Virus record (IMG/VR): IMGVR_UViG_3300025929_000012
Coordinates: 32,001 to 96,000 of that record
Length of the DNA stretch: 64,000 nt
Source: a virus
Reading direction: 5' to 3' (one strand)
The notes beneath the pieces are model-generated. The model saw only the letters and a program-made list of their open reading frames with translations, was not told where the DNA came from and made no database searches. Positions 10,201-19,476 of this stretch are shown piece by piece. The stretch's first letter is position 1, and the number at the start of each line of letters is the position of its first letter. A program made the position numbers and the translations under genes.

Positions 10201-10732
10201 CCACGGGGGGCAGCGGGGGAGGCGGGGACGCGGGGACCGGGGCGGCGAACGCGATCTGCACCTGCGTGTCTGACCGGCCGTACGGCAGTGCCTCAAATGA
10301 GATGGTGAGTGCCGCGATCTGGGCTTGCTTCTCCCACTGCGTGTTGTACACCGGGACCGTCGGGCGGGCGCGGAAGCAGTCCAGGACCAGCGGCAGCGCG
10401 GTACCGCCCGGCCCCGGGTCCCTCGTCCAGGTGAGTGACCACGCCTGCGCGTCGATGACCTCGGCGAGCACCTCACGCGCGCCCGCGAGGATCGCCCGCG
10501 TCGGCGCACGGATGATCAAAGGAAGCGTCAGGACCCTGTTGCTGGCCCGACGGCCGAAGGGCCGTTCCCCATCCAAGATCAACGACGCTACGTAGTCGGC
10601 AGTTGGCTGAGGGCTACCTAGGTCGAATCCGGGGGCGAGCATGAACTGCGCGCCGGGGCAGCGGGGGTCAGCCGAGACGGCCTGGTCTCCGAGTAGCTCG
10701 ACACGTCCGCCCAGGAGCAGGGAATCCGCCAT
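7211..10732 (-). CDS. Minor tail protein: distal-tail-like N-terminus plus glycine-rich domains
   Basis: ATG 10732 after GGAGGG; two VECWGGGGAG / VYAVGGGGGGG glycine-rich modules. Confidence 0.8.
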   Translation of the reverse strand: MADSLLLGGRVELLGDQAVSADPRCPGAQFMLAPGFDLGSPQPTADYVASLILDGERPFGRRASNRVLTLPLIIRAPTRAILAGAREVLAEVIDAQAWSLTWTRDPGPGGTALPLVLDCFRARPTVPVYNTQWEKQAQIAALTISFEALPYGRSDTQVQIAFAAPVPASPPPPLPPVVLDNFTTISSNLFFQSPRCVIGPWSACWDPDGFGDPGGQNSPMNYGATFPAPLNLTGMTSLQWWFGLGSRWFWNLRAKAGHVTCSFYITLTDVNGVTAAFARTGVRLPASQDAGVPMFTRVTATIPARAFFNYANVASYQITVTSKDFSPASLRWVTGYLDNLTAYPPSASAVPVVRGAIHTLYGTQGSAPAPVSAQFQQPPAPGTPTTVTAAGAGTYTVPGGTAWLKVECWGGGGAGASQTVAGFGGGGGGAGYARENVFPAVPGQVIPYSVGAGGTAGATPLPGQATVFGPGPSGTLAVTANGGASAAQNSTAGAAGGLVSGNAVTYPGGAGRTASGSVGGGGGSSAGPASAGNTPMGTSAVTLTGAGTWTAPAGVTQVTVYAVGGGGGGGSGSSSVNGSGGGGGESVTTTVTVVPGTGYAYSVAAGGAGGLGSGGGGHAGSAGGNSTFTASAVVTAHGGGGGPCYTGSGAGGAGGTGAPVGPHRGGAGGNATPYAGGGGSSAGTAAGGNAGSGYSVGGIAPGGGGNGGNGSGPQSGTGSNGQVPGGGGGGSYVGGYAGGNGAAGTIILSYPGGAPTSNGAVAVVGGGAGGAGGGTAGTAGSAGSAPGGAGGGADSSGTSVAGGAGAAGQLTVTPYASPPFKTLIVHRPGPAATPSLMPLVPVGGGSDVPNGATEYAVPMASGWQAASGSSTSPAAGHVIVAGPWVPPGTYTVNWTVTLSGTLSAADVNNFQLKIGTTVVATSVNLGAAGAYPQAPVIITSPGAALSVSNIGTATTGAVCAVSVPASAGAVNADFDGTYTVVLIASSWNNPTASRNVTVTVKQYEAPGGSSYSVSTVPVTVSPGVASIIGPGNQVNNGILIAGVLTLPVKAVAGDNTAGYYTVSVTDTNTSDRFYDVLMLDVAGQSVIINEASGSGYVQYYLDEPTPLFDLGLHMGSQSGRPQAISVMDACQAISGGPLTIPPNDCMLLTYSADASAPAIGLSYYSRWWYDRTG

Positions 10733-10770
10733 CACCCTCCGTCGCGGGCGAGTGGTGGCAGGATGAGCGC

Positions 10771-11196
10771 GTGAACCTGACCGAGTTCCTGACGGCGCGG
10801 CTAGACGAGGACGAGGCCATGGCGAAGGCCGCGCCAGGCAACGCTTGGCAGGCATTCGGCGAGGCTGACGTTGCCGGCGCGGCGGTCTATGACGAGCAGT
10901 GGGTCCTGCTGAACCCGGTGCGCTACGACCATGACAACGCGCTGAGCAGCAAGCCGGGCGCGACCGGCCCGCAGTACATCCAGCGGAGCCGGGACGAGTT
11001 GTGCGCCCACATCGCCCGCCATGACCCGGCCCGCGTCCTGCGCGATGTAGCCGCCAAGCGGGCGATCCTGGCCGAATGTGCCCGCTCAATCGAGTGCGGA
11101 GACGATGGACGCGTCCTGGCCGAGGCTGTCATCGTGAACATGGCCGGCGCATGGGGTGACCACCCGGACTATGCCGAGGCAATGCAGTTCGCCTAG
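10771..11196 (+). CDS. DUF6221-like protein
   Basis: EFLTARLDEDE, HIARHDPARVLRDVAAKRAIL, DHPDY motifs; CAGGAT 6 nt before GTG. Confidence 0.85.
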   Translation: MNLTEFLTARLDEDEAMAKAAPGNAWQAFGEADVAGAAVYDEQWVLLNPVRYDHDNALSSKPGATGPQYIQRSRDELCAHIARHDPARVLRDVAAKRAILAECARSIECGDDGRVLAEAVIVNMAGAWGDHPDYAEAMQFA

Positions 11197-14100
11197 CTGT
11201 GCGGGTACCTTGCCCTGAGGCTGGCTGCCCTCGCGGTGCCGTTGATGACGTCACCGACCCCGGCCGCCGTCGCGTGGGGCAGGGAGGCGAGGATGCCGGC
11301 GATGCGGTCCAGCTTCGCGCACACGTCATTCCCCGCCACCGCTGACGTCAGCTTGTCCCACTGGCCGCCGGTCAGCACCGGCTCCGGCCGCCCGGTCCTG
11401 TTCATCACCATCGTCGCGCCGGGCTTCAGCCAGCCGCCCTCGTCATAACCATGACCGTGGCCGATTACCGATGCCATTCCCGCGCCGCCGTAACGCGCGG
11501 CGGCATAATGGATTCCGGCATAGATCTGGGCCATTGCGTTCTCGGATACGGGGCCACCGCCAAAATTCACCAATGGTGGCGTGTTCCGGTAAGGCCCAGC
11601 GTATGCGGCAAAAGTCGCAGGTATCAATTGCAATAGACCCACAGATGGATGACCAGCCTGGGCGTTAGAATCTGTGAGGTTCACTGCCGTCAGCGACCCG
11701 CCGCTTTCTGTCTGAATCTGTGATAGCCAATTGCCAACCAGGGTCAGCGGCAGGCCCATTGACCGCAATACCGTGGTAATGTCGGCGGCGTAATTCGATG
11801 ACCCGGGGCCGAGTGAGCCCGCGCCTGCCGTGACGAACCCGCCCTTGGGGACCCGGTAGCCGACAGCGTTGGAGATCGGCTGGACGATCGTGCCGACCGC
11901 GTGCCCGGACGCCGACACGTACGCGGACGGGTTCAGGGTGATGCCGACATGGCCCGGATTGGCGAAAATGCCGTCATTAAAAAATACCAATGCCCCGGTC
12001 TGATTGCCTGACGACTGGGTTAGCGGGTCAACAAACTGGGATTCCGACGTGCCATGCCTATTTCCCTGCTTCTCAGGGAAATAGCCGAAATGCTCATAAA
12101 CAAATGCAGAGAAGCCTGAGCAATCCCAGCCATTCGGCGATGCGCCGCCTAGGACATATGGATGGCCCAATCCGGTGGCGAATGTCTTCGCGTAGTTCGC
12201 GACGGACGCGCCGGATCCGCCGCCTACCCCGGCTCCGGGGTCCTTGGACTTGATGTAGCCGATGAGGTCGGTGACGAGGGCCCGGGGGACTGCCTCGATC
12301 ATGCCCTCGGCGCCACTGGCGGGCTTGGGCATGAGGCCCAGGAGCGCGTCGGCGGCGGGCGTGAACGTGGCCGCGAGCGCGCCGAGGGTGAGGTTCTTCG
12401 CCCAGTTGAGGGCGCCGGCGATCGTGCCGGTGACGTGGCCCCAGAGGCCGCCGAGGCCGCCCGGGTTGCCGCCCGCTGTCGCGGCGGGGGTGCCTGCCGC
12501 GTAGCCGGGGAACACCCCGGGCCCGGCGAGCCGCTGCGACAGCGGCGACGGCAGGACGACCTCGCCGCCCTTCATGTAGACAAGCTCAGGCCCTTCCTCC
12601 CCGGTCCACGCCCACCCGGGCGGCGCCCCGCCGGTGCCCCTGGCGAACCTTGGGACCTTCGGGATCTGCGGCAGGTGGACGAAGGAAAGGACGGCGTCGG
12701 CGTCGCCGATGAGGGGGTTGATGACGTTGTTGACCACGAACCGGGCGGGGCCGATGAAGGCGTTCTCGATCCCGGACCAGGCGCCCTTGACCCGCGCGAC
12801 GGCGGTGGCGAAGTAGCCGGGGATCGTCTGGGTGAGCCACCGGGCGATGGGGGTGCCGAAGTTGGCCATCAGCCAGTTCCAGGTGCCCCGGAACGCGGAC
12901 TCGAGGGGCGACACGAAGTTCGCCCTGAGGAACCTGATGGCGGCGTTGAAGTAGCCGGGCAGGGTAGAGGTGAAGAACCGGCTGAGGGGCACCGCGAAGT
13001 TCGCCACGAGCCAGTTCCAGGCGCCCCGGAGGCCGGCCTCGAACGGGCCGATGAGCCCGGACCGCAAATGGGCGATGGCGTCCTTGCCCATCCGGGTCAC
13101 GGTGCCGACCGTGTTGTTGTAGATGATTGCCCAGATGTGCGCGGTCTCCCGGCGCATCCCGTCGAAGATGACGGCGGCCTGGTGGCGGAGCGCGGCGAGG
13201 TCAGTGGCGGCGGCGTGGCGGATCCGGTCGAACCCGGACGCGGTGACGTGGAGGAGGTCATCGGTCCAGCGGGCGAAGTCGTGGCGGATCTCAGCGAAGT
13301 GGGCGGCGAAGTCATGCTCGACCCGCTGCCAGAACGCGCGGACGTGCGTTTCCACCGGCTTGACGAGGAGGTCTGACCAGCCGGACGCGGCGAGGGTCAG
13401 GATGCCGCCGACGCCGGACAGCGCCTTGGGGATGTCGCCGGCGATGGCATTCCAGCCGGCCTTCATGTCTTCGCGGATCTTCAGGATGAGCCCGGCGGCG
13501 ATCGCGGCGCCGCCGATGGCGATGCCTGACTTGCCGAGGATGCCGATCCCGCTGCTGACGACCCCGCCGCCGGCTGCCCCTGCGCCGGCGCCTGCGGCCT
13601 TCCCCCCGGCGCCCCCGGCTTTCCCCGCGCCGGCGTCAGCGCCGATCATCGTGTCGGCGGCCCGCTGCATCGCCGCCGCGGCGGTGACCATCGTGTCGGC
13701 CGCTACCTGCATCGCGGTCGCCGCCGTCTGCTGCGCGGTCGCGGCGACGGTGACGGTGGCACCGGACAGCAGCCTGCTGATCCACCCGGCTGCCGCGCCG
13801 ATGACCTTCACGCCGACGCTGACCACGCCGAGCTTGTTGAGGATCAGCAGCCACCCGGCTACCTCGGCGATGGGCTTCGCGAACGACGGCGGCAGCTTCG
13901 CGATGAGGTTGAAGAACCCGGTGAGCACCTGGATCTCGCCGGTCCCGCCGGCGGTGAGGCCGGGGGCGAGGGCCTTCAGCGCCCCGCCGATGGACTGCAG
14001 CAGCCCCCAGACCTTGGGTCCGTTCTGGCTGAACCACTGCATGAACCGCTGGATGTCGTCGGATGCCTTCTTCGACTGCGACCACTTCAGGACGGCGGGG

Positions 14101-15320
14101 CCGAGGTCGGCGATGTGGCCGACGGCCTCGCGGATCAGCGGGTCGAACTGGGGCAAGAGGGTGATGAACGACTTGACGAGGTCGATGATCGTGGAGCCTG
14201 CGGCGGAGACCGTCGCGGTGCCGGTGGAGGAGATAAAGTCCCGGAACCGCGTGAACGCCTGTGAGTTGACGAGGTCGCCGAACTGCTGGCCTAGCCCCTT
14301 GATGACCGGTGATACGGCCTGGATGATGGGCGGGAGGGCCTTGGTGAGGCTGGTGACGGACGTCAGCCATGGGACGAGCGCCCCGGCGATGACGGGGGCC
14401 TGGGCTGCCTTGAGGTCTTTCCAGCCTTGCGACATGGTGCCGAGCTGCCTGGACAGGTCGATTTGCGCCTGGGACATGCCCGCGTAGGCGGCCTTCACGG
14501 CCAGCGCCTGGTTGGATGCCGCGGTGGCGTCCGCCTTGCGGAGCGCGGACAGGGCGGCGACCTGCTGGGCGTGGGTTTTCGCGGCCCCGGACGCGACCTG
14601 GTACTGGGCAGCGGCCTTCCCGATCGCCGTGTTGTACGTCGTCTGCGCGGCGGCGGCGGCCTTCTGGGCTGCCTCCGCCCCGGCGAGGACCGGCTTGGCG
14701 ACGGCCCCGAACGCGGCGAGTGCCCCGGCGCCGGCGGTGAACGCCCCCGCGAGGCCCACCGCTGCGCCGGTCGCGACCCCGGCGGCGGTGCCGAGCGCCC
14801 CGACAGACAGCAGTGCGGGGCCGAGCCAGAACGGGCCGCCGGCGTTCCTCAGCTTGTCAGCGAGCCCCTGGACTTTCGCGGTCACCTTGTCCAGGTCGCT
14901 GTTCGCCTGCGCGGTGTCGGCCCTGACCCTGACCGTGGGGGACTTGCGGCCGAGCGCGTCCGCCTTGGCGGCGGCCTTGCCCAGCCCGGCGTCGGCCTCG
15001 GTGGTGTCGGCCTTGACCTTGACGACGGGGGCTTTCTTGCCGAGCTGGTCAGCTTTCGCGGCGGTCTTGTCGAAGTCGGCGAGCGCGTGGGTGCTGTCGC
15101 CCCGCACGCGGACGACGGCGGTCTTGCGGCCGAGGCTGTCGGCGTTCTTGCGGACGTCGGCGAAGGTTTTCCGGGCGTCTTCGGCGTCGGCCTTGACCTT
15201 GACGGTGACGGGCTTGCCGGAGAACTTGGCGGCGTCGGCTTTCGCTGCGTCGAGGTCCCGCGTGAACTCGTCGCGCTTCAGGACAAGCCTGGCCTCCACG
15301 CTGCCGGCGTCGAAGCTCAT
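11193..15320 (-). CDS. Tape measure protein with C-terminal NlpC/P60 and lytic transglycosylase domains
   Basis: 1375 aa helical; WTGEEGPELV; PYVLGG...WDCSG...GHVG; QIQTESGG...SVGLLQLIPATF; GYDEGG...NRTGRPEPVL. Confidence 0.92.
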   Translation of the reverse strand: MSFDAGSVEARLVLKRDEFTRDLDAAKADAAKFSGKPVTVKVKADAEDARKTFADVRKNADSLGRKTAVVRVRGDSTHALADFDKTAAKADQLGKKAPVVKVKADTTEADAGLGKAAAKADALGRKSPTVRVRADTAQANSDLDKVTAKVQGLADKLRNAGGPFWLGPALLSVGALGTAAGVATGAAVGLAGAFTAGAGALAAFGAVAKPVLAGAEAAQKAAAAAQTTYNTAIGKAAAQYQVASGAAKTHAQQVAALSALRKADATAASNQALAVKAAYAGMSQAQIDLSRQLGTMSQGWKDLKAAQAPVIAGALVPWLTSVTSLTKALPPIIQAVSPVIKGLGQQFGDLVNSQAFTRFRDFISSTGTATVSAAGSTIIDLVKSFITLLPQFDPLIREAVGHIADLGPAVLKWSQSKKASDDIQRFMQWFSQNGPKVWGLLQSIGGALKALAPGLTAGGTGEIQVLTGFFNLIAKLPPSFAKPIAEVAGWLLILNKLGVVSVGVKVIGAAAGWISRLLSGATVTVAATAQQTAATAMQVAADTMVTAAAAMQRAADTMIGADAGAGKAGGAGGKAAGAGAGAAGGGVVSSGIGILGKSGIAIGGAAIAAGLILKIREDMKAGWNAIAGDIPKALSGVGGILTLAASGWSDLLVKPVETHVRAFWQRVEHDFAAHFAEIRHDFARWTDDLLHVTASGFDRIRHAAATDLAALRHQAAVIFDGMRRETAHIWAIIYNNTVGTVTRMGKDAIAHLRSGLIGPFEAGLRGAWNWLVANFAVPLSRFFTSTLPGYFNAAIRFLRANFVSPLESAFRGTWNWLMANFGTPIARWLTQTIPGYFATAVARVKGAWSGIENAFIGPARFVVNNVINPLIGDADAVLSFVHLPQIPKVPRFARGTGGAPPGWAWTGEEGPELVYMKGGEVVLPSPLSQRLAGPGVFPGYAAGTPAATAGGNPGGLGGLWGHVTGTIAGALNWAKNLTLGALAATFTPAADALLGLMPKPASGAEGMIEAVPRALVTDLIGYIKSKDPGAGVGGGSGASVANYAKTFATGLGHPYVLGGASPNGWDCSGFSAFVYEHFGYFPEKQGNRHGTSESQFVDPLTQSSGNQTGALVFFNDGIFANPGHVGITLNPSAYVSASGHAVGTIVQPISNAVGYRVPKGGFVTAGAGSLGPGSSNYAADITTVLRSMGLPLTLVGNWLSQIQTESGGSLTAVNLTDSNAQAGHPSVGLLQLIPATFAAYAGPYRNTPPLVNFGGGPVSENAMAQIYAGIHYAAARYGGAGMASVIGHGHGYDEGGWLKPGATMVMNRTGRPEPVLTGGQWDKLTSAVAGNDVCAKLDRIAGILASLPHATAAGVGDVINGTARAASLRARYPHS

Positions 15321-15361
15321 CCGCCATCACCGCCGCCACTCAAGGTGAGATGATGTGCGCC

Positions 15362-15526
15362 ATGAGTGACGAGAAGCGGGGCGCGCGGGTGAGGGCAGCC
15401 GTGAAGCGCTGCCCGGGCAAGGGGCTGCTCACCGTCCGGGGCGTCGTGTGCGCTACAGCAGGGCTAGCCGTCGCCGGGGCCGTGGCGTGGGCTGCCGTGA
15501 AGGTGGCGGGCCGCCGTGCCGGGTGA
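15362..15526 (+). CDS. Small membrane protein
   Basis: 54 aa, one TM segment; GATGAT 7 nt upstream. Confidence 0.6.
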   Translation: MSDEKRGARVRAAVKRCPGKGLLTVRGVVCATAGLAVAGAVAWAAVKVAGRRAG

Positions 15527-15707
15527 CGTCCTGCCGCCGCCGGACGAGTGGAACCGGGCCGTTGAGCACAGCCGCGCCTGCCCGGGGCACAGCCTCGGGC
15601 CCTACGAGGACGACGACGGCAACACGCACATGTCCTGCGACGGCAGCGGCGACCCGTATGAGCCGTCGAACTGCGGCTTCGACACCGCTACCGGGGCGCG
15701 GACATGA
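15516..15707 (+). CDS. Hypothetical protein
   Basis: ORF in coupled plus-strand cassette. Confidence 0.55.
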   Translation: MPGDVLPPPDEWNRAVEHSRACPGHSLGPYEDDDGNTHMSCDGSGDPYEPSNCGFDTATGART

Positions 15708-16066
15708 GCGAGGACGACAACGGGCGGCTAGAAGATGCCAACGCCCGTCTAGGCGAGGCGATCACCGGGGCAGCCGAGGCGGTAGCCCGGTCCCTCGGAT
15801 CACTGACCGGATGCGTCATCGCGGCGCTGCGGGTCCTCGCCGCTGACCCGGTGGTGCGGTTCGCGATGGAGCACCCGGAACTGCTCCGGGCAGAGCGGCC
15901 TAAGCCGTGCTGGTGCCTGTGCGCTAAGGCCCACCCGGGGCTAGCGGTCTGCGACGGCGAGGGCGTCGCCACCGGGACGGTCACCCTGGAGGGCTACGGG
16001 CCGGTGACGGTGCAGTACTGCGCCGCGTGCGCCGCCGCGCAGGCGAGCCGGAGGTTCCGCTCGTGA
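15704..16066 (+). CDS. Hypothetical Zn-binding protein
   Basis: CxCxC..H..C..CxxC; ATGA overlap. Confidence 0.65.
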   Translation: MSEDDNGRLEDANARLGEAITGAAEAVARSLGSLTGCVIAALRVLAADPVVRFAMEHPELLRAERPKPCWCLCAKAHPGLAVCDGEGVATGTVTLEGYGPVTVQYCAACAAAQASRRFRS

Positions 16067-16386
16067 CCGTGACCGCCCCGGCTAGCACGGCCGAGTCCCG
16101 GGCTGCCGCCCTCACCATGTTCGAGGGACGGGTTCCGTGCCTGTTCCATCTCGCGGACCCGGCATGCGCGGCGGTTGCCCGGTGGCTGGCGTGGTTCGCC
16201 CATGAGGAGAACACCGCACGCTGCGAGAGCGACGAGCCGTGGCCTGTCTGCGACCAGCACAAGCAGGTGATCCAGGCGAGCAGTGACCCGTTCTGGCGTA
16301 CCTGGCACAACATGCAGCCGGTTCTCTGCACGCGGTGCGGGACGCCGCTGCGGCTGGAGCGTTTCGAGCCGCTGTCATCGCCTTAG
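16063..16386 (+). CDS. Hypothetical Zn-binding protein
   Basis: CxxH and CxxC; GTGA overlap. Confidence 0.65.
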   Translation: MTVTAPASTAESRAAALTMFEGRVPCLFHLADPACAAVARWLAWFAHEENTARCESDEPWPVCDQHKQVIQASSDPFWRTWHNMQPVLCTRCGTPLRLERFEPLSSP

Positions 16387-16716
16387 CGCCGCTGCCCTTC
16401 CAGGCTGGCGATCATCCCGGCGAGGTCGAACGCCTCCGCTTCAGCAGCTTCCACGGCCCGGTACCCGGACCCTGCGGCGGTGAGTGACCGAATGTCATCG
16501 GGGACGGTCATGTCCGCGTTCAGCGGCACCTCAGGCCGGGTCAGGAGCTCTTCGGCGTAGAAGCCTTCCAGGTACGCCTGCTGGTGCGCCCAGGGCAGTC
16601 CCGCCCATGCCTGCGGCGAGTAGCCCAGGTACCGGCGGGCCAGGTACAGGATGAGCCTGTTGTTGGCTAGCTGACGGACCTTAGCGCCGGCCTCGAAGCG
16701 GCGCCGCCTGCTTCCG
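16383..16716 (-). CDS. Tail assembly chaperone -1 frameshift extension
   Basis: Open -1 frame with no start codon (...LILYLARRYLGYSPQAWAGLPW...EGQRR*) entered at C_CCG_GAA 16718-16712. Confidence 0.75.
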
Positions 16717-17083
16717 GGTTCAGCTCACCGGCCAGCCAGCTGAAGAACGCGAGCCGCACCCTGGGGGGCAGCTTGGAGATCTGCGCGAGGGTCGGGGAGC
16801 CGCCGCACAGGTCCGCGTACGGCTTGGTCAGCACTGACAGCACTGATGGGAGCTGGCCTTCGGGGAGCGCGGCGATCGCGGTGAGGATCGCCTCCGGGTC
16901 GGTCCCGGCCGCCTCGACGCCTGCCATCGACGCCGCGTTCTTCGCCTGGCTGACGGCGAGGTCGGTGATGAACTTGTCGAGGCGCTTCTCGGACGGCTCG
17001 GGGACGGTGCCCTTCCCGCCGTTGTACGCGGTGAAGTCCCATTCGAGGGGCTCCACCACCGTGCCACTGTCGAAACCTGGCAT
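16667..17083 (-). CDS. Tail assembly chaperone
   Basis: Between tail tube and tape measure; ends ...GELNPE; GAAGGA RBS. Confidence 0.8.
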   Translation of the reverse strand: MPGFDSGTVVEPLEWDFTAYNGGKGTVPEPSEKRLDKFITDLAVSQAKNAASMAGVEAAGTDPEAILTAIAALPEGQLPSVLSVLTKPYADLCGGSPTLAQISKLPPRVRLAFFSWLAGELNPEAGGAASRPALRSVS

Positions 17084-17148
17084 GCAGGGGGTCCTTCCAT
17101 CAGCGTGTCGGCAACCTAGAGGACATTGAGATCCTGTAGGATTGGGGC

Positions 17149-17502
17149 ATGGATGAGATGAGCATCGAGCAGGCACGGCTGAAGCTCGGGGAGGTCGTTG
17201 ACCGGGCGCGGATCGCGGATCAGTTCACGACGATCACCCGCCAGGGGAAGCCCGCCGGCGTGGTCGTGTCACCGGGCTGGCTTGAGCGCACGCGGGCAGC
17301 GCTCGCCGCCTTCGCGGGCAGCGAAGACCCGCCAGTCTCGGCCAGTGAGGTACGCAAGCACGTCGTTCACCTGGGCGGCCTGCTGGACGGGATGCGCAAG
17401 ATCATGCTCACGGACGAGGTGCGGGACTACTGGAAGCACCTTCAGGACGAGGTCGTTGCCCTCGCCGCCTTGCTACCGGAGAACGCAGAGGGAGAGCAGT
17501 AA
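17149..17502 (+). CDS. Phd/YefM-family antitoxin-like protein
   Basis: MSIEQARLKLGEVVDRA...ITRQGKPAGVVV; TAGGAT 6 nt before ATG. Confidence 0.8.
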   Translation: MDEMSIEQARLKLGEVVDRARIADQFTTITRQGKPAGVVVSPGWLERTRAALAAFAGSEDPPVSASEVRKHVVHLGGLLDGMRKIMLTDEVRDYWKHLQDEVVALAALLPENAEGEQ

Positions 17503-17592
17503 TGACGGAGCACGCGGACCACGACACCGGGGGCTACCCGGCTGGGGCGATCACCATTACGTGGAACTGGACGCGGAAGGGCGCGAGAAGCG

Positions 17593-17832
17593 ATGACCGC
17601 CGACTTCGACTGTGAGGCGTACGGCCCGGAAGGCCGGAAGATCGGCGCGCTGTGCTTCATCACCGCTGACCTGGGCGGCCGGATGTGCGCCACGGCGGCG
17701 GACTGCCACCGGGTGACCGGCGCCGAACGGCAGGAGATATTCCGCGACGCCCGCGAGAGGGCCGCCGCAGGTGACCCGGTAAGCGAGGAGTGCCTTGAGG
17801 ACGCGTTCCTGTGGCCCGGAGGCGGATCATGA
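17593..17832 (+). CDS. Hypothetical protein
   Basis: Coupled ORF in cassette. Confidence 0.6.
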   Translation: MTADFDCEAYGPEGRKIGALCFITADLGGRMCATAADCHRVTGAERQEIFRDARERAAAGDPVSEECLEDAFLWPGGGS

Positions 17833-18044
17833 GCGGGCTAGGCGTGCCAGCCGGGCAGGGAGTGTTCGCTGAGATCGGCTTCCTTGAGCCCTGGGGACGC
17901 GACGACATGTCCGAGGGCGTCACCGGCTGCCTGCTGCCCAGTTACCCGGAGGCTGAGATGTGGGTGATCGAGCAGAAGGGCCTGCACCGGAACTGGCTGG
18001 TCACGAGCGTGCAGATCACCGCCGAGGGGGAGGGCGGCGGGTGA
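17829..18044 (+). CDS. Hypothetical protein
   Basis: ATGA overlap. Confidence 0.6.
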   Translation: MSGLGVPAGQGVFAEIGFLEPWGRDDMSEGVTGCLLPSYPEAEMWVIEQKGLHRNWLVTSVQITAEGEGGG

Positions 18045-18343
18045 TGGCCAGGTTCAAGAGGCTGACTGACGCCGAGGCCCGCACCCTGACGCGCCGCGAG
18101 CTACTGGACCGGATCGAGGCCGAGCAAGCCTACTGGTTCCGCAAGAAGACCCGCACGGGCGCGGATGATGCCGCGTTCCGCGAGTTCACACGGATCATGT
18201 ACGCCTACCTGGACCCTGCCGCCGCGATGCAGGACACGATCGACCACATTGAGGGCCGCTCGGCCGGCGGCTACTGGAAGACCCGCCCGGGTGAGGATGT
18301 CGCTGAGGCGGCGGCCCTCCTCGGTGGTGGTGAGGGCTCGTGA
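18044..18343 (+). CDS. Hypothetical protein
   Basis: TGATG overlap. Confidence 0.65.
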   Translation: MARFKRLTDAEARTLTRRELLDRIEAEQAYWFRKKTRTGADDAAFREFTRIMYAYLDPAAAMQDTIDHIEGRSAGGYWKTRPGEDVAEAAALLGGGEGS

Positions 18344-18648
18344 ACGCCGCCATCGTCTCGGGCTTCCTCGCCATCCTGGCCGGGATCATCGCGGAGAACG
18401 CCCACGTCTACTGGCATCGCAAGTGGCTGCGATGGCTGTCGCTAGGACTGAACATCCCCGGTGCCCTGCTGCTCACCTGGGGGGCGGACATGGCGCACAG
18501 GAGCATCCTGGCAGCCACGGCGGTCGTCGTCTGCGCGGCGTTCGTCCTAGCCGTAGGCGGGTCGCTGGCGTTCATCGCCTTCATGGCCGAGGTCAGGCAC
18601 CAGGGGTGGGCGCCGGTCGTGAGGCGCATGCGGAAGCCGCCCCGGTAG
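18340..18648 (+). CDS. Membrane protein (about 3 TM)
   Basis: Hydrophobic segments; GTGA overlap. Confidence 0.65.
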   Translation: MNAAIVSGFLAILAGIIAENAHVYWHRKWLRWLSLGLNIPGALLLTWGADMAHRSILAATAVVVCAAFVLAVGGSLAFIAFMAEVRHQGWAPVVRRMRKPPR

Positions 18649-18654
18649 CTCCCC

Positions 18655-18786
18655 CTACGAGTGCGACGCGCCGCCGCAAGGTGTCTCGTATGGCCACCTC
18701 TCGCAGCGAGGGCAGCGGCCCATGGTCGTCACCTTCGGAACGGACGCCTGCGGGTTCGCTGTCGTGTCACCTGGGATGGCAGCCAT
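18655..18786 (-). CDS. Small Cys-containing peptide (43 aa)
   Basis: GAGAGG RBS; MAAIPGD...CPRC...C...H. Confidence 0.45.
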   Translation of the reverse strand: MAAIPGDTTANPQASVPKVTTMGRCPRCERWPYETPCGGASHS

Positions 18787-18807
18787 CAGGGGCACCTCTC
18801 GTTTCCT

Positions 18808-19461
18808 TTAGTGCTTCGCCACGTACAGGAGGGTGAAGATCACCAGGGACAGCAGGAACCCGGCGACGGCGAGGACGGTCCCGGTGTTCAGCCGCGTCTC
18901 ATTCCGCTGCCCCGACGCGCCCGCCTCGCTGCCCTCGCCCCGGTCAAGCCGGGACGTGAGCCTCAGCTCCAGCGCGGACAGCCGGTCAGTCAGCCCGGTC
19001 ACCCGCTCAGCCAGCGCGTCGTGGGCCGTGTCGTACTCGGGGCGGGGCAGGAACGTCGCCGTCTGGTCGGCGAGCGCCTTCCTGAACTCATTCACCGACT
19101 CGAACCGGGCGTTAGCCGCCAGCTCCGCTTTCGCGGTGGCCTTCTCCGCGTTCGCCAGCGCCACGGCCACGGCCTGCTCAGCGGCCTTGAACGCCGCGTC
19201 CAGGGCCTTCGTCTGCGTCGCGTACCGCTCATCGAGAAGCGCCCGCATGTCCGCGATCTGCTGCCGGTGGGCGGCCTGCTGGTCGGTGAACTGCAGCCGG
19301 GCGTACTCCCGGCTGTCGATGATCCTGCCGTTGAGGGTGTCCCGGTCGGCGGCGAGCTGCCGGGTTAGCGCCTCATGCTGCATCGTCATCTGCTGCGTGA
19401 AGTGCTCACGGAGGGTGTCTACCGTCCAGCCGCTGGCAGCCGCCTCAGTCTCGCCGCTCAA
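18808..19461 (-). CDS. Coiled-coil protein with C-terminal membrane anchor (lysis-region type)
   Basis: RFESVNEFRKAL motif; C-terminal TM. Confidence 0.75.
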   Translation of the reverse strand: MSGETEAAASGWTVDTLREHFTQQMTMQHEALTRQLAADRDTLNGRIIDSREYARLQFTDQQAAHRQQIADMRALLDERYATQTKALDAAFKAAEQAVAVALANAEKATAKAELAANARFESVNEFRKALADQTATFLPRPEYDTAHDALAERVTGLTDRLSALELRLTSRLDRGEGSEAGASGQRNETRLNTGTVLAVAGFLLSLVIFTLLYVAKH

Positions 19462-19476
19462 CCGCGCCCCCCGGGG

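Noticed and set aside
89-10732. Diversity-generating retroelement acting on tail genes
   Set aside because: No reverse transcriptase and no TR/VR pair differing at adenines seen
10733-11089. N-terminal extension of ORF 7211-11089
   Set aside because: Overlaps the DUF6221-like gene; RBS supports a start at 10732
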